A stretch of DNA of 64,000 nucleotides from a virus, in IMG/VR virus record IMGVR_UViG_3300036820_000010, positions 1 to 64,000 of that record; one strand, given 5' to 3'. The notes below the pieces were generated by a model. That model saw nothing but the letters and a program-made list of their open reading frames with translations, did not search any database and had not been told where the DNA came from. Positions 16,714 through 27,075 of the stretch are shown piece by piece (the stretch's first letter is position 1; every line of letters begins with the position of its first letter). A program made the position numbers and the translations under genes.

Positions 16714-17073
16714 ATGCCTCTTGTCCTCGAAGACAAACCCCAACGCGCAGGAGTACTCAACCGGAGAGTTCAGATCCAGAAGCAGGTCAAGGACCCGATC
16801 ACAGGCAAGACCAAGTTCATCAACTTTACTCGGGCCTGGGTTGGATTCTCTGCCCAGTTGGCTACTGAAACTCCAGGATCTGCTGCCTCGTCTGGGGGAA
16901 CCTATCTGAAACCCCCTGACATCCTAGCCGAGTCAGTCCAGATGCGCTTCCAGCGAGGGATCAACCCACGCATGCGCATCCTGTACGGGCAACGTACTCT
17001 AGAGATCGTCGGAGTCGTAGACGTAAATGAAAAACATAACGTTCTGGTCATGGCCGTCAGAGAAGTCATCTGA
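16714..17073 (+). CDS. Head closure/adaptor protein
   Basis: AGVLNRRVQIQ..MRFQRGINPRMRILYGQRTLEI. Confidence 0.8.
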   Translation: MPLVLEDKPQRAGVLNRRVQIQKQVKDPITGKTKFINFTRAWVGFSAQLATETPGSAASSGGTYLKPPDILAESVQMRFQRGINPRMRILYGQRTLEIVGVVDVNEKHNVLVMAVREVI

Positions 17074-17603
17074 TGGCCTACCAGGATATCCTGAACGCAC
17101 TTGCACGTTTCGTCGGGGGCACCCAGCCGACTGCGGATCAAATCGCAGCAGGGTCCCAGGTACCTTCCAAGATCCAACCGTGGTGGTACTCGGGTTCTGA
17201 CACAGGCGATGATTCTGGGGTAGCAGGGTTGGTTGGGTGCTTCTCTCTTCCAGTCGAGGCAATCGATCAGACACCAGTCGGGATGGTTTTGCCTGCTCTC
17301 TGGAAACCAGACGGACAACCCTCACCTAGAATGGGCCTGAAGTTGACTTTAGAGGAGTTCCGTCTCCGTCTCTTGACCGGGCACGACGACCTGACCCAGA
17401 ACATGGCCGACCTGGTCAACTTCAGGGATTCAATCGAAGAGATGATCGCCTCACACATGACTTTAGGGTCTCAACCTACAGTCGAGACAACCGACTGCCG
17501 CCAGGGAGAGTTCCTAGAAATCGAACTCGGAGGGGAAGTTTACCTCTCTATCGAGTTCGCAGTATTCATCCACAGGGCCTCAACCGTACAATATAGTGGG
17601 TAA
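17073..17603 (+). CDS. Putative tail terminator
   Basis: Position and size only. Confidence 0.55.
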   Translation: MAYQDILNALARFVGGTQPTADQIAAGSQVPSKIQPWWYSGSDTGDDSGVAGLVGCFSLPVEAIDQTPVGMVLPALWKPDGQPSPRMGLKLTLEEFRLRLLTGHDDLTQNMADLVNFRDSIEEMIASHMTLGSQPTVETTDCRQGEFLEIELGGEVYLSIEFAVFIHRASTVQYSG

Positions 17604-17826
17604 GGAACAGGAGTTAAGGGAAGTGTACAGGTACAAGTTCGAAGGCGACTCACCCAGAGTCTTCCCTAGCCTAGGGGTCACTCTCAAACCAGGAGAGGAA
17701 TTCGACTACCCGGTCAAGTTGGACCTGACGTCTACCCCTCTCCTGTCTCTGGTCACTGCCCCTGCCCAAGACAAGACTTCGGCTGAGACTGAGAAGTCCG
17801 ATACTACCTCTAAGGAGAGCAAATAG
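17596..17826 (+). CDS. Small structural-region protein
   Basis: Coupled between the terminator and tail tube genes. Confidence 0.55.
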   Translation: MGKEQELREVYRYKFEGDSPRVFPSLGVTLKPGEEFDYPVKLDLTSTPLLSLVTAPAQDKTSAETEKSDTTSKESK

Positions 17827-18995
17827 TGCCTCAACCAAACTGGAAGGTAGTCGTCGGGATGGGCAAGGAGTCTGTCTGGGGAACAGCAGTTGCCCCAACT
17901 GTCTTTCTCTCTACCGACAAACCCGCCTTCGACGAGAAGATCACTCCTGTCCTAGATCAGGGCTTGAGAGGGATTCGGGCCAAGACCCACGCTCTGTCCC
18001 CTGCCCAAGGCATGACCGACGTAGATGTCCCGGATATGCCCTTCTATGGGGATGACTCAGGAAATCTCCTGATGGCCCTGATGGGGGTCGATACGTTTTC
18101 TGGAGGAACCCAGAAAACCGGTACGATCGCTGCCTCGGCTAAAGGGGCAACCTCGCTCACCTACACCATCGTCGGGGGAACTACTGCCCCAGTCATCGGG
18201 GACACCTTCAAGATCATAGACGCTGTCAACGGCAACGAGTTGGTCACCTTAACCGGAGTGACCGGGGCAGGACCTTACTCCCTCACGGTTGCCGCGACCA
18301 AGTACCTGCACCCAGCAGCGACCGTCGCAGACTCTCTGTTCTCCCACGTCTTCACACTTCTCAACACTGCAGCACCCCCGTCCTACACGTTCACCAAGTA
18401 CGACGCGTTGGTCTCGACCATGCGTCAGTTCCCCGGGTGCTATCTGACTTCTCTCAACCCGAAGTTCTCCAACCCAGGCTCCCTGACCTGTGATGCCAAA
18501 GGCTTAGGCCTACTCGGATCTGAGACTACTAACGGAACTGCCTCCTACTCTGCCGAACCCTTCTACGTCCCGTGGCAGACCTCCTTCATGCTGGCTGGAG
18601 TAGCCAACGCCCGCATCATCGATTTCGACTTCACGATCACCGGAGACTCGTCCCAGGTGTTCGGGATGAACGGGACTCAAAACCCGACCGCAGCAGTTGC
18701 CGGGATGTTCTCGGTGACTGGGACCTACACAGTAGTCCCAGACGACTACACCGAGTTCAACTACTACCTGCAAAACACCCAACCCCCTGTGATTGCGACT
18801 GTAGACAACGGGTCTACTCGATTCATCATGCAGATGTCGGAGTGTGCTTTCGAGGATCCAGTCACCTTCGACCATTCCGGAGACTACACCCAACTCTCGG
18901 TCGCCTTCGAGGCGATCGCCAACGCTACCGACGGGGGTACTGGATTGTCTCCCTTCAAGGCCACCCTTCTGAACCAAAAGGCGTCTGCATACTAA
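17826..18995 (+). CDS. Major tail tube protein
   Basis: GMGKESVWGTAVAPT N-terminus; SHVFT..PSYT..FPGC. Confidence 0.8.
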   Translation: MPQPNWKVVVGMGKESVWGTAVAPTVFLSTDKPAFDEKITPVLDQGLRGIRAKTHALSPAQGMTDVDVPDMPFYGDDSGNLLMALMGVDTFSGGTQKTGTIAASAKGATSLTYTIVGGTTAPVIGDTFKIIDAVNGNELVTLTGVTGAGPYSLTVAATKYLHPAATVADSLFSHVFTLLNTAAPPSYTFTKYDALVSTMRQFPGCYLTSLNPKFSNPGSLTCDAKGLGLLGSETTNGTASYSAEPFYVPWQTSFMLAGVANARIIDFDFTITGDSSQVFGMNGTQNPTAAVAGMFSVTGTYTVVPDDYTEFNYYLQNTQPPVIATVDNGSTRFIMQMSECAFEDPVTFDHSGDYTQLSVAFEAIANATDGGTGLSPFKATLLNQKASAY

Positions 18996-19490
18996 ATGCC
19001 AGGTTACTTTGATCGATCGACCCAGGAGGACATCACCCGCCTCTACTTGCCTTCGACCGCGACCGAGTGGGAAGAAAAGAAGGACTCCAAGACAGGAATC
19101 ATTTCTTCTGGGGACCCGATCGCAGGAGAAGAGTGGGTCGATCTGAGAAAGCCTCGCTATGGAGATCGCCTCAAAGCCCAGACTTCAGTTGCGATCGTCA
19201 AGCCTGACCCGATGAAGGGGGGTCAGGTCATCCAAGACATCGACTCCAACCGCTATATGACCACCCTGATGACTCGTCTCATCGTCAAGTGGTCGTTGAC
19301 CGAAGACGGACAGGCAACGGCTGATCTTCTCCTAGAACTCGAACCCGAAGATGGAGACTACCTCGCCAACAAGGTCAACGGGATGATGGGAGGTAGTCCG
19401 AAACCCGAGGATCTAGCCCCTTTCACGAACGGCTCTGGGCAGCACTTAGTTCAGGAAGGACCGAAGACGAAGAAGTCCTCCGCTTCCTGA
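18996..19490 (+). CDS. Tail assembly chaperone (G)
   Basis: Position after the tail tube gene; IVKWSL motif; slippery site at 19418. Confidence 0.75.
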   Translation: MPGYFDRSTQEDITRLYLPSTATEWEEKKDSKTGIISSGDPIAGEEWVDLRKPRYGDRLKAQTSVAIVKPDPMKGGQVIQDIDSNRYMTTLMTRLIVKWSLTEDGQATADLLLELEPEDGDYLANKVNGMMGGSPKPEDLAPFTNGSGQHLVQEGPKTKKSSAS

Positions 19491-19669
19491 ATCGAGCCGT
19501 CCTGTACAAAACCTACGGGTGGTCTCCTGATACTGTCAACGAACTCGAACTTGAGGAAGCGGATAACCTAGTCCTCCACCTAGAATACATCCAAAAGATC
19601 GAGGATAGGGAACGCAAGAGGGCAGAAGCCAAAGGTCCCAAACGCCCGCCTAACTCAAGGAGGATGTAG
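19418..19669 (+). CDS. -1 frameshift extension of the tail chaperone (GT)
   Basis: C_CCT_TTC heptamer at 19418-19424; -1 frame open to TAG 19667-19669 and encodes YGWSPDTVNEL. Confidence 0.75.
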   Translation, partial: PFHERLWAALSSGRTEDEEVLRFLNRAVLYKTYGWSPDTVNELELEEADNLVLHLEYIQKIEDRERKRAEAKGPKRPPNSRRM

Positions 19670-20055
19670 TGCCAGAGTACGTTGACATGGAAGGCTTCGA
19701 CGAGGCCAATGAAGCCCTTGCTTCTCTGCCTGACCTCCTCCGCGAAGCCATCTCTGATTCAGCGGGCGAGGGTACTTCTATCCTGTTGAACGCACTAGAG
19801 TCCCAGACCCCAGTCAGATCAGGCCGCTTGATCCGAGGGTGGAGAACTTCTGTCTCGACATCAGGGGACGAGGCGACAGGCAAAGTCTTCAACGAGACTC
19901 CCTATGGTCCGTATGTCGAGGCTGGCCGACATCCCCACCACCGCATGCGGTCAAACCCGTTCACCAAGAGAGGAATCTCTCTAGCCTCGGGTACCGTCCT
20001 GTCTCTCGCTGAGGCTAACGTCCAGGCAGTCGTCGATACCCTGAACCGAGAGTAA
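19669..20055 (+). CDS. HK97 gp10-like neck/tail completion protein
   Basis: TPVRSGRL..YGPYVEAG..MRSNPF. Confidence 0.8.
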   Translation: MPEYVDMEGFDEANEALASLPDLLREAISDSAGEGTSILLNALESQTPVRSGRLIRGWRTSVSTSGDEATGKVFNETPYGPYVEAGRHPHHRMRSNPFTKRGISLASGTVLSLAEANVQAVVDTLNRE

Positions 20056-23012
20056 TGGACCTCTCAGTCATCATCAAACTCGCAGCAGAAAACTTGGCTG
20101 CTGCGCAGCAGGTCCAGGCTGCCCTCGGGAGTATCGAGGCCCAGGGTTTAGGTGCTAACTCCTCTCTCGGTGACGTATCCAAGACATCTTCTGACACTGA
20201 CGCTTCCCTGAAGGCAGTTTCCTCTTCGACCATAGATGTGTCTGCCCGCCTAGCCGAGGCGAGAGTGTCGTCTGATTCTTTCAAAGACTCTCTGATCTCC
20301 CAAGGAGTAGCCACCAAAGTCGCTGACGACGCGGCCAAGGGATTGACGACTACTCTTGCTTCTAATCTAGTTTTCCAAGACCTAGCTCAATCAGCAACCG
20401 ACGCTGGGATGGCACTCGAGACAGTCTCTCCTGCCCTGAAGTCAACGGCCAACGACATGGTCACGGCCCAGGTGAATTCTGAGACTACTGCAGATGACAT
20501 GAACGTCTTGCAGTCGGCACTGATGAACCTGAACAATACCTTCTCGTCATCTAACTCCCATCTTGGAGCCTTTCCTAACCTACTGATCATGGGTGCGGTC
20601 GCGGCTGCTCCTCTGATCTTCGCCTTAAGCTCAGTTGCCATCGTCCTAGCTACCTTCACTGCAGGTCTGATCGCGGCTATGGCCGTGATGGCAATCGGGT
20701 TCGGGGGCCTTGCCCTACTCGCGGGCGGATTCACTTTCCTAGCCGTATCCATGGGCCATACTGCTGCAACTGCCCAGCAAGTGCAACAGGCCCAGTCGAA
20801 TTTGACTTCGGCCCAAGCATCTGCTGAGTCAGCCCAGAACTCCTACAACAGTGCAGTCAAAGCCAACGGAGCGAGTTCCTCCCAGGCCGAAATCGCCCTG
20901 CAAAGACTCCAAGTCGCCCAATCTAACGTCACCTCGGCCCAGAAGACCCTCAACTCAACTCTCGCCTCCCAGAAGGAAGGGACTTCTCCTGCTATCCTAG
21001 CCTTCAAACAATTGCAGGAGGCCTACAAGGGAGTAGCAACTTCCCTGGCCTTGATGAGCCAGGGCCCAGCAGCAGAGATCATCAACTTCTTGACCACCCT
21101 TGCCCCGATGATCGAACAAACTGGCCAAGACCTGGTCACCTGGTTCGGGCCTCGGGTCACTCCCCTGATCAACGCTCTCGGGGTCGGGTTCGAGATACTG
21201 CAGAACACTCTAGTCAACCTTGGAAACGTGGTCGGACCCTTCTTCGACCAGGTCCTGTCCGAAACCCCACAATTCTCTGCACTCCTAGTTGATATGTCGA
21301 ATATCGGGGTGTCGGCTGTCTCTGGACTTCTAACTAATCTTCTCAACCTCAGCAACTGGTTCATGCAAGAACTGCCTGTCTTCGGACCGATCGTCTCCCA
21401 GATCTTCGGAGGGGTAGGGACGATCCTCCAGAATGTCGGTCAGGCCTTCGGACAGATCTCTCTCCAGGTGATCGCCAACTGGCCTCAAGTCGTCAAGACC
21501 TTCCAGGAGGTCGGAGATGTCTTAGGCCCGGTTCTCAAGACCATCGGGGGCCTCGGAGACTTCGCTCTCCAACACCTGTCGGTCGTCACCCCGATCGTCC
21601 TCGGATTGGTCGGAGCACTCGTCATCTTGAAGACTACTGTGGCTGCCGTCCAGGCAGGCCAAGCTATCTACAACGCCTACCTCGTGATCGCTAAGGTAGC
21701 GACCTCCGCCTGGACCGTCGCCCAGGCAGTCTTCAACGGGGTCATGGCACTCGACCCGATCACTCTGATCATCATCGGGATCATCGTTCTGATCGCGATC
21801 ATCATCCTGGTCATCACTCACTGGAAAGAGTTTACTGCTGCTCTCCAAGTCGCCTGGACCTGGTTCACCAACGTCGCCTCAGTTGTCGAAGATTTCATCA
21901 AGACCCACTGGCCTCTGTTTGCTGCTGGACTGGTCACCGTCTTGGGCCCAGTTGGGGCACTGATCGATCTGATTATCTTGACTGTAACCCACTTCAACCA
22001 ACTTAAGACTACTGTTGAGAACGTCATGAGTTCCATGGGTTCTGCGATCGGGGGAGCCTTCTCCCAAATCGGGACCTTCATCCACAACGGACTGAAGGAC
22101 GCCCGCACAGTTTTAGTCGACTTCATCAAGATGGTCGACAATATCCCGGTCATCGGAGGGGCTATCTCGGGAGCGGGATTGACTCCCTCATCAGTACCTG
22201 CCTTCGCCCAGGGAGGATACGTCTCTCAGCCTACTCTCGCTGTAGTTGGAGAGGGAGGTGGCGGAGAGTACATGATCCCGACCGGAGCAGGAGCGGGATC
22301 TCGTGCTGTCGAATTGTGGAAGAAGGCAGGCGAGGCCTTAGGCATGGGCGCCAACATGACCGTAGGCAGCATCGGTGGACAGTGCCTGCAATGGGTATCT
22401 GACGTGACCGGATTGTTCTACGGGATTCCCATGGCAAGTGGACTTGCTCCCTACATCAACTCGGCTAGTGCTACTCCGGGAGAAGTCTTCGTCAGCATGA
22501 TTCCTCCCTATGGGCATACAGGATTTGTCTTGGGTACTGGGCCTTCTGCTAGTGTCGAGGACTCGAACTGGGTCGCCCCTTTGACCATCGGGATCCACAA
22601 ACTCAGCGACATTCCTGACATCGCAGGTTACATCAACCTAGGTAAGTCAGTATCAGGCCTCGCTAGTGCGACCAGCGCTACTGGTATCTTCGACATTCCT
22701 GCTCTGGTCAAGGGAGTAGTCACTTCTGCCCTTGGAGGCCTAGGCGGATGGGAGGGGGCAGTCGCTAAGGGTGTCGTCAACATCAGCGCTGACACCCTGA
22801 TCAAGAAGTTCGACCGCGGAGGTTCACTGCCTCGAGGCGCATCGATTGCGGTCAACGGGACAGGGTCTGCAGAATCTGTACTAGGCCCTCCTGCCGAACA
22901 GAAGTTGACGACCATAAACCAACTCCTCACTAGCATCGATAAGACTTTGAAGATGATCTCAGGCCAATCTCCCGCGGGCTCGAACGAGGCCCAGAAGGCA
23001 TACGGTGGCTAA
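20055..23012 (+). CDS. Tape measure protein with a C-terminal CHAP-like domain
   Basis: 985 aa with helical/TM repeats; FAQGG..VVGEGG.E; GQCLQWV..YGHTGFV..EDSNW. Confidence 0.88.
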   Translation: MDLSVIIKLAAENLAAAQQVQAALGSIEAQGLGANSSLGDVSKTSSDTDASLKAVSSSTIDVSARLAEARVSSDSFKDSLISQGVATKVADDAAKGLTTTLASNLVFQDLAQSATDAGMALETVSPALKSTANDMVTAQVNSETTADDMNVLQSALMNLNNTFSSSNSHLGAFPNLLIMGAVAAAPLIFALSSVAIVLATFTAGLIAAMAVMAIGFGGLALLAGGFTFLAVSMGHTAATAQQVQQAQSNLTSAQASAESAQNSYNSAVKANGASSSQAEIALQRLQVAQSNVTSAQKTLNSTLASQKEGTSPAILAFKQLQEAYKGVATSLALMSQGPAAEIINFLTTLAPMIEQTGQDLVTWFGPRVTPLINALGVGFEILQNTLVNLGNVVGPFFDQVLSETPQFSALLVDMSNIGVSAVSGLLTNLLNLSNWFMQELPVFGPIVSQIFGGVGTILQNVGQAFGQISLQVIANWPQVVKTFQEVGDVLGPVLKTIGGLGDFALQHLSVVTPIVLGLVGALVILKTTVAAVQAGQAIYNAYLVIAKVATSAWTVAQAVFNGVMALDPITLIIIGIIVLIAIIILVITHWKEFTAALQVAWTWFTNVASVVEDFIKTHWPLFAAGLVTVLGPVGALIDLIILTVTHFNQLKTTVENVMSSMGSAIGGAFSQIGTFIHNGLKDARTVLVDFIKMVDNIPVIGGAISGAGLTPSSVPAFAQGGYVSQPTLAVVGEGGGGEYMIPTGAGAGSRAVELWKKAGEALGMGANMTVGSIGGQCLQWVSDVTGLFYGIPMASGLAPYINSASATPGEVFVSMIPPYGHTGFVLGTGPSASVEDSNWVAPLTIGIHKLSDIPDIAGYINLGKSVSGLASATSATGIFDIPALVKGVVTSALGGLGGWEGAVAKGVVNISADTLIKKFDRGGSLPRGASIAVNGTGSAESVLGPPAEQKLTTINQLLTSIDKTLKMISGQSPAGSNEAQKAYGG

Positions 23013-25791
23013 TCCAAATCCCCCGACCCTCAACCAACCATCCCAAGACGGGTTGTTGAGCAACACACTAGGTTCAACGACGACGATCGCTGGGAGCAAC
23101 TCGATCGTCTTCTCGAGTCACTACAAGAACGCAGCAGGATCTTCTGACCCGATCGCCTGTATCCGCGCGATTGTCAAGCAGACAGCTCAACTCAACTATG
23201 ACCCGATGTCAGAAGTCATCCTGTGGGACTCAGGCTGGACTGGAATTCCCCCAGTCCAAAGCATTCCGACTGCTTCCAGCGAGGCAGGCACTCCAATTTC
23301 CGGAACTTACAAAGACCGGGTCTACATCATGTTCTCGGGCCAATCAGGGTCGAACGTGGGATCTGGGAACGTCTGGAGTGCTTCAGTCAAGGGGGGAATG
23401 GTTGGGACCTGGAGGCAGGAAAACTCCTTAGGCCCGACTTCTAACTGGTTTCCAACTGGAGCACTCGGGACCTCTACCTACCTAGCCGGATGTACTCAAC
23501 TCGTCGGGTACAAAGGCTGGTTGTACGTCTGTGTAACCCCCCAGGGATCTCCTGGGACTACAGCAGTTCTTCTAGGCGCACCCATCAACCTGAACGGGTC
23601 CTTGGGCAACTGGGAATTTCTGGCTACCGCACCCTACAACTTGCACTCCAACGGTATGATGTGCGTTGGGCGACCTAACCGAACGTCTCCATCCCCAACC
23701 ACAGCACCCGGAAACCTGTTCATCATGGGCGGGTACAACACTTCCGGAAACCAAGTTTCCAACTGTTCATCTTGTTACTTGAACTCTGATGGAACGTTAT
23801 CTGCAGGAACCACCGGATCCTGGTTCGCCCAGAGCGCGATGCCAATTGCCCGTCAGAACGGGCAGGTCTACTACGACAACAACTACCCTTACATCTACAT
23901 AGTCGGAGGAGATTCTGGCGCAACTCCGGCCAACCTGACTATCGGGGGTTCGATCAACAACTCCGATATTGTGACCTGGTCTTCCAACATCACCAACGGA
24001 ACTTTGGTCGCTAACAAGACCCTAGGCGCACTCGTCGTCACCCTAGGCCCTGACTACGCTACCCACTTCTGGTACCTAGGCGGGTGCGCGACGACCGCCG
24101 GCGCCCAGACATCAACTGTCTACCACACGCAACTAACTTCTCCTGGAGCCTGTACAGGTTGGACTACTGCAGCATTCTCTCTGCCTCAAGTTCCTACAGC
24201 GACCAACTGGGCTCCCCAACTCTGTGCCTGGTCAGGCTCGACACCTGGGGCCTCGGCACCTGGAATCAACCAGTTGGCCTCACCAGGGACAGTAGGTATC
24301 GGAGGAGAGACTGTCTCTGGAGCCTTCCCGGCGACGATCGGGGAAACTGGAGACGCGTCGGGTACGACAGGTGCTCTTCCCTGGATCGCTTACATGTACC
24401 AGGGGTCTACTGTCGAGTCAAACTCTCCCCACTCAACTGTTCCTGCTTCTTGGAAATCAGGCAACGCTCCGGGTTTAGCAGTCTCAGACCTAGGTGGGTC
24501 GACCAAAGCCTCGATTACCAGTAACCTAGATGGGTCGCAAGATATCGAGTTCTGCTTTAGGGGTTGGGGAGGAATCCAGGCCTTAAGTTCAAACGCTGCC
24601 TATGCTGGGGGAGTCCAAGCCCAGAACGGGTACCAGATAGAACTTGAAGTTCAGTATATCTCGATCCAAGGAGGAATCTCCTCGATCGGGTACGCAATGC
24701 TCAACTGCGGGCAAGGCCCAACCCTGTCCAACGTCACCCCAACTGGAACGGTGACCAATGCCCAGCCTACCCTTGGTTTTGCCTTCATCCAAGGCATCGG
24801 GGGCAAGGGTGAGTACACCTACGACATCCAGGTGAAGAATCCCTCAGGCACAGTCATCTTCGACACCGGACTTCTCCACGATAACGTCAACTCAATTCAG
24901 TTGAAACTAGCCCAGTTACTGGCCAAGTCGACCACCTATACCCTGGTCATCTCTGTCTTCTCCCAGGATACTGTTTACCCTGGATCCTACAACTACGTTG
25001 TCTCAAGTACGACGTTCACGACATCTGCATTCTCGACACCCAGTGCACCGACCGGGTTCACTGCTGTCAAGACCGACACCAACGGAAGCGTAGCCCTCAA
25101 CTGGTCGTCGGTCTCAGGGGCCTCCTACTACCGGGTTTACTGGAACCCAGCAAGTACCGGATGGCTACTCTACGCTGACAACGTGAGTGGAACCTCCTAC
25201 ACAGCCATGGACAGGCTCCCAGTTGGAATGTCAGTCCAGTGGGCGGTGTCGGCAGTCAATGCAGTCCCAGGCGAGGGTTCGATGTCTTCGACAGTAACTA
25301 CTCAACTCTCGCCTGGGTACTGGTCTGCCTACTTGCACGTCGTGGGCAAGGGAACTACTTACGGGATCGCCTCCCAGATCCAAGACACTCCCAACATCAC
25401 CGAAACCATCGATTCGACATCTCTCTTGGCCATGGGCCAGGGTGCCCCGATCACCCGCTATGGCGAGAACGACTATCGACAGGTCCAAGGCAACGTCCTC
25501 CTGATCGACGCTACACCTGCCTCGATCCAGTCTTTTCAGGCAATCATGGACCAGGTCAAGGCAGGAGGGGTTTGCTACTACCGAGACGCTATCGGAGGCT
25601 GTCTCCCCTGCACCTTCGACAACTCCCAAGGACTGACCATAGTCGGACCTTGGAACCGTCAGATAGCAGTCAAACTCACCGAAGTAGCCGACCTTTCTGG
25701 TCCGTATATCGGGACTGGATACGCAGTCGGGTACCAGACTCTAGTCAACGGAAGAGTCCCACCCATTGCTACTGTCGAGAGACTACTCTGA
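23005..25791 (+). CDS. Large tail protein (kelch-like repeats, FN3 domain)
   Basis: Repeated [LI][FY]x[MVL]GG..W motifs; PSAPTG..LNWSSVSGASYYRVY. Confidence 0.7.
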   Translation: MANPNPPTLNQPSQDGLLSNTLGSTTTIAGSNSIVFSSHYKNAAGSSDPIACIRAIVKQTAQLNYDPMSEVILWDSGWTGIPPVQSIPTASSEAGTPISGTYKDRVYIMFSGQSGSNVGSGNVWSASVKGGMVGTWRQENSLGPTSNWFPTGALGTSTYLAGCTQLVGYKGWLYVCVTPQGSPGTTAVLLGAPINLNGSLGNWEFLATAPYNLHSNGMMCVGRPNRTSPSPTTAPGNLFIMGGYNTSGNQVSNCSSCYLNSDGTLSAGTTGSWFAQSAMPIARQNGQVYYDNNYPYIYIVGGDSGATPANLTIGGSINNSDIVTWSSNITNGTLVANKTLGALVVTLGPDYATHFWYLGGCATTAGAQTSTVYHTQLTSPGACTGWTTAAFSLPQVPTATNWAPQLCAWSGSTPGASAPGINQLASPGTVGIGGETVSGAFPATIGETGDASGTTGALPWIAYMYQGSTVESNSPHSTVPASWKSGNAPGLAVSDLGGSTKASITSNLDGSQDIEFCFRGWGGIQALSSNAAYAGGVQAQNGYQIELEVQYISIQGGISSIGYAMLNCGQGPTLSNVTPTGTVTNAQPTLGFAFIQGIGGKGEYTYDIQVKNPSGTVIFDTGLLHDNVNSIQLKLAQLLAKSTTYTLVISVFSQDTVYPGSYNYVVSSTTFTTSAFSTPSAPTGFTAVKTDTNGSVALNWSSVSGASYYRVYWNPASTGWLLYADNVSGTSYTAMDRLPVGMSVQWAVSAVNAVPGEGSMSSTVTTQLSPGYWSAYLHVVGKGTTYGIASQIQDTPNITETIDSTSLLAMGQGAPITRYGENDYRQVQGNVLLIDATPASIQSFQAIMDQVKAGGVCYYRDAIGGCLPCTFDNSQGLTIVGPWNRQIAVKLTEVADLSGPYIGTGYAVGYQTLVNGRVPPIATVERLL

Positions 25792-25905
25792 TGGACCGTC
25801 TAGGATCAGATCTCTTCAAGATCATGACTTGCGGAACGATCCTTGTAGTCATCTTAGTCTTGATCATCATCGGCCTTGGGATCACGTTAGTCGCTGTCCA
25901 CTGAG

Positions 25906-27075
25906 ATGCTGCAGATCGGACCGGTTACTTCACTCGCTGGGACCTCGTACTCTCAATCCCAAATCCTCCAGGCAGTCTTCGGGCCTTCACTTAAACTCGG
26001 GTGGAGATTCGACCTACTCTACCCTGACCTGTCCTACAAGGCAGACCTGACTGCATTAGTCGATCCCTCCCTACAACCCCCGACGATCACCTACGACTCG
26101 ACCCAAGCCGTCAAAGAGTCACTCTCGATCCAGATGCGACCCTCCCCGGTCGCCAACGTCTTGCAGGACCTAGTCAGGGTCAGATTCTTGGTTTTTACTC
26201 AAGATGGATCCCACTGTGAGTGGCCGATCGGGATCTATTCTCTAGTCCCCCCAGTCAAGAACATCTACGACGGCTACACCTGGTGGCAGATGTCCTGTCC
26301 TGACCTGTCTCAGGTCTTGGCTGACGCCGCATTCTCTGTCTCAACAGCAGTTGATGCTGGAGTGTCTTACTCGACTGCGATCGCCATCTTCTGTGCTACT
26401 TATGGAGGCTTGACCCCACTCTCTACCTACATCCCGAATCCCAGCGTAGGGTTGCCATCATCGCAGACCTGGACCTCAGGAACATCCTACCTCACCGCGA
26501 TCAACAACCTACTGACTGCAGTCAACTACAAGAACGCCTGGTTGGAAGGCAACATGCTGACCGCGAGTGTGATGCCCGATTACAACACCGCATCTCCGGT
26601 CTTGCTGTTGGACGCTACCGCGGCCGGGAACACCAACGCGCGGATACCCATCTTCGCCCCTCTGAAAGAGACTCCGGACCTCAGTAACGCCTACAACCAG
26701 ATCTTGGTCACCGGACAGGATCCTTCCAACAACCCTATCTCCGCCTACTACGAGAACAACCGCCCTGACTCCGAGATCTCGACCGTCAACTGGCATCCCC
26801 GCCTGCAGGTCATCAACAACTCCGCGATCGCTAACCAAGCAGCCGCCTACGCTATGGCCATCACCCAAGCCCAACTCGCTGCCCAGGTCTACTCCCAACT
26901 GCAGGTCGAGACAGTACCCTTCCCTTTCTTCGGAGACCTAGATGTCATTCAGTTCACCTACAACTCCCAGGATGAGGGAACTGTACAGTACAACTACGTA
27001 GTCGTCAAAGCCTCCCACGTCTGTGCTGCGAGTCAACCGACTACTTTGACCCTGCAGAGGATAGTCAACGCATGA
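25906..27075 (+). CDS. Putative baseplate hub/minor tail protein
   Basis: Position; PIGIY..DLS..AYNQILVTG. Confidence 0.6.
   Translation: MLQIGPVTSLAGTSYSQSQILQAVFGPSLKLGWRFDLLYPDLSYKADLTALVDPSLQPPTITYDSTQAVKESLSIQMRPSPVANVLQDLVRVRFLVFTQDGSHCEWPIGIYSLVPPVKNIYDGYTWWQMSCPDLSQVLADAAFSVSTAVDAGVSYSTAIAIFCATYGGLTPLSTYIPNPSVGLPSSQTWTSGTSYLTAINNLLTAVNYKNAWLEGNMLTASVMPDYNTASPVLLLDATAAGNTNARIPIFAPLKETPDLSNAYNQILVTGQDPSNNPISAYYENNRPDSEISTVNWHPRLQVINNSAIANQAAAYAMAITQAQLAAQVYSQLQVETVPFPFFGDLDVIQFTYNSQDEGTVQYNYVVVKASHVCAASQPTTLTLQRIVNA

Noticed and set aside
11521-26898. Numerous long antisense ORFs over the structural genes
   Set aside because: Shadow ORFs caused by codon bias of the sense genes; no motifs or RBS.
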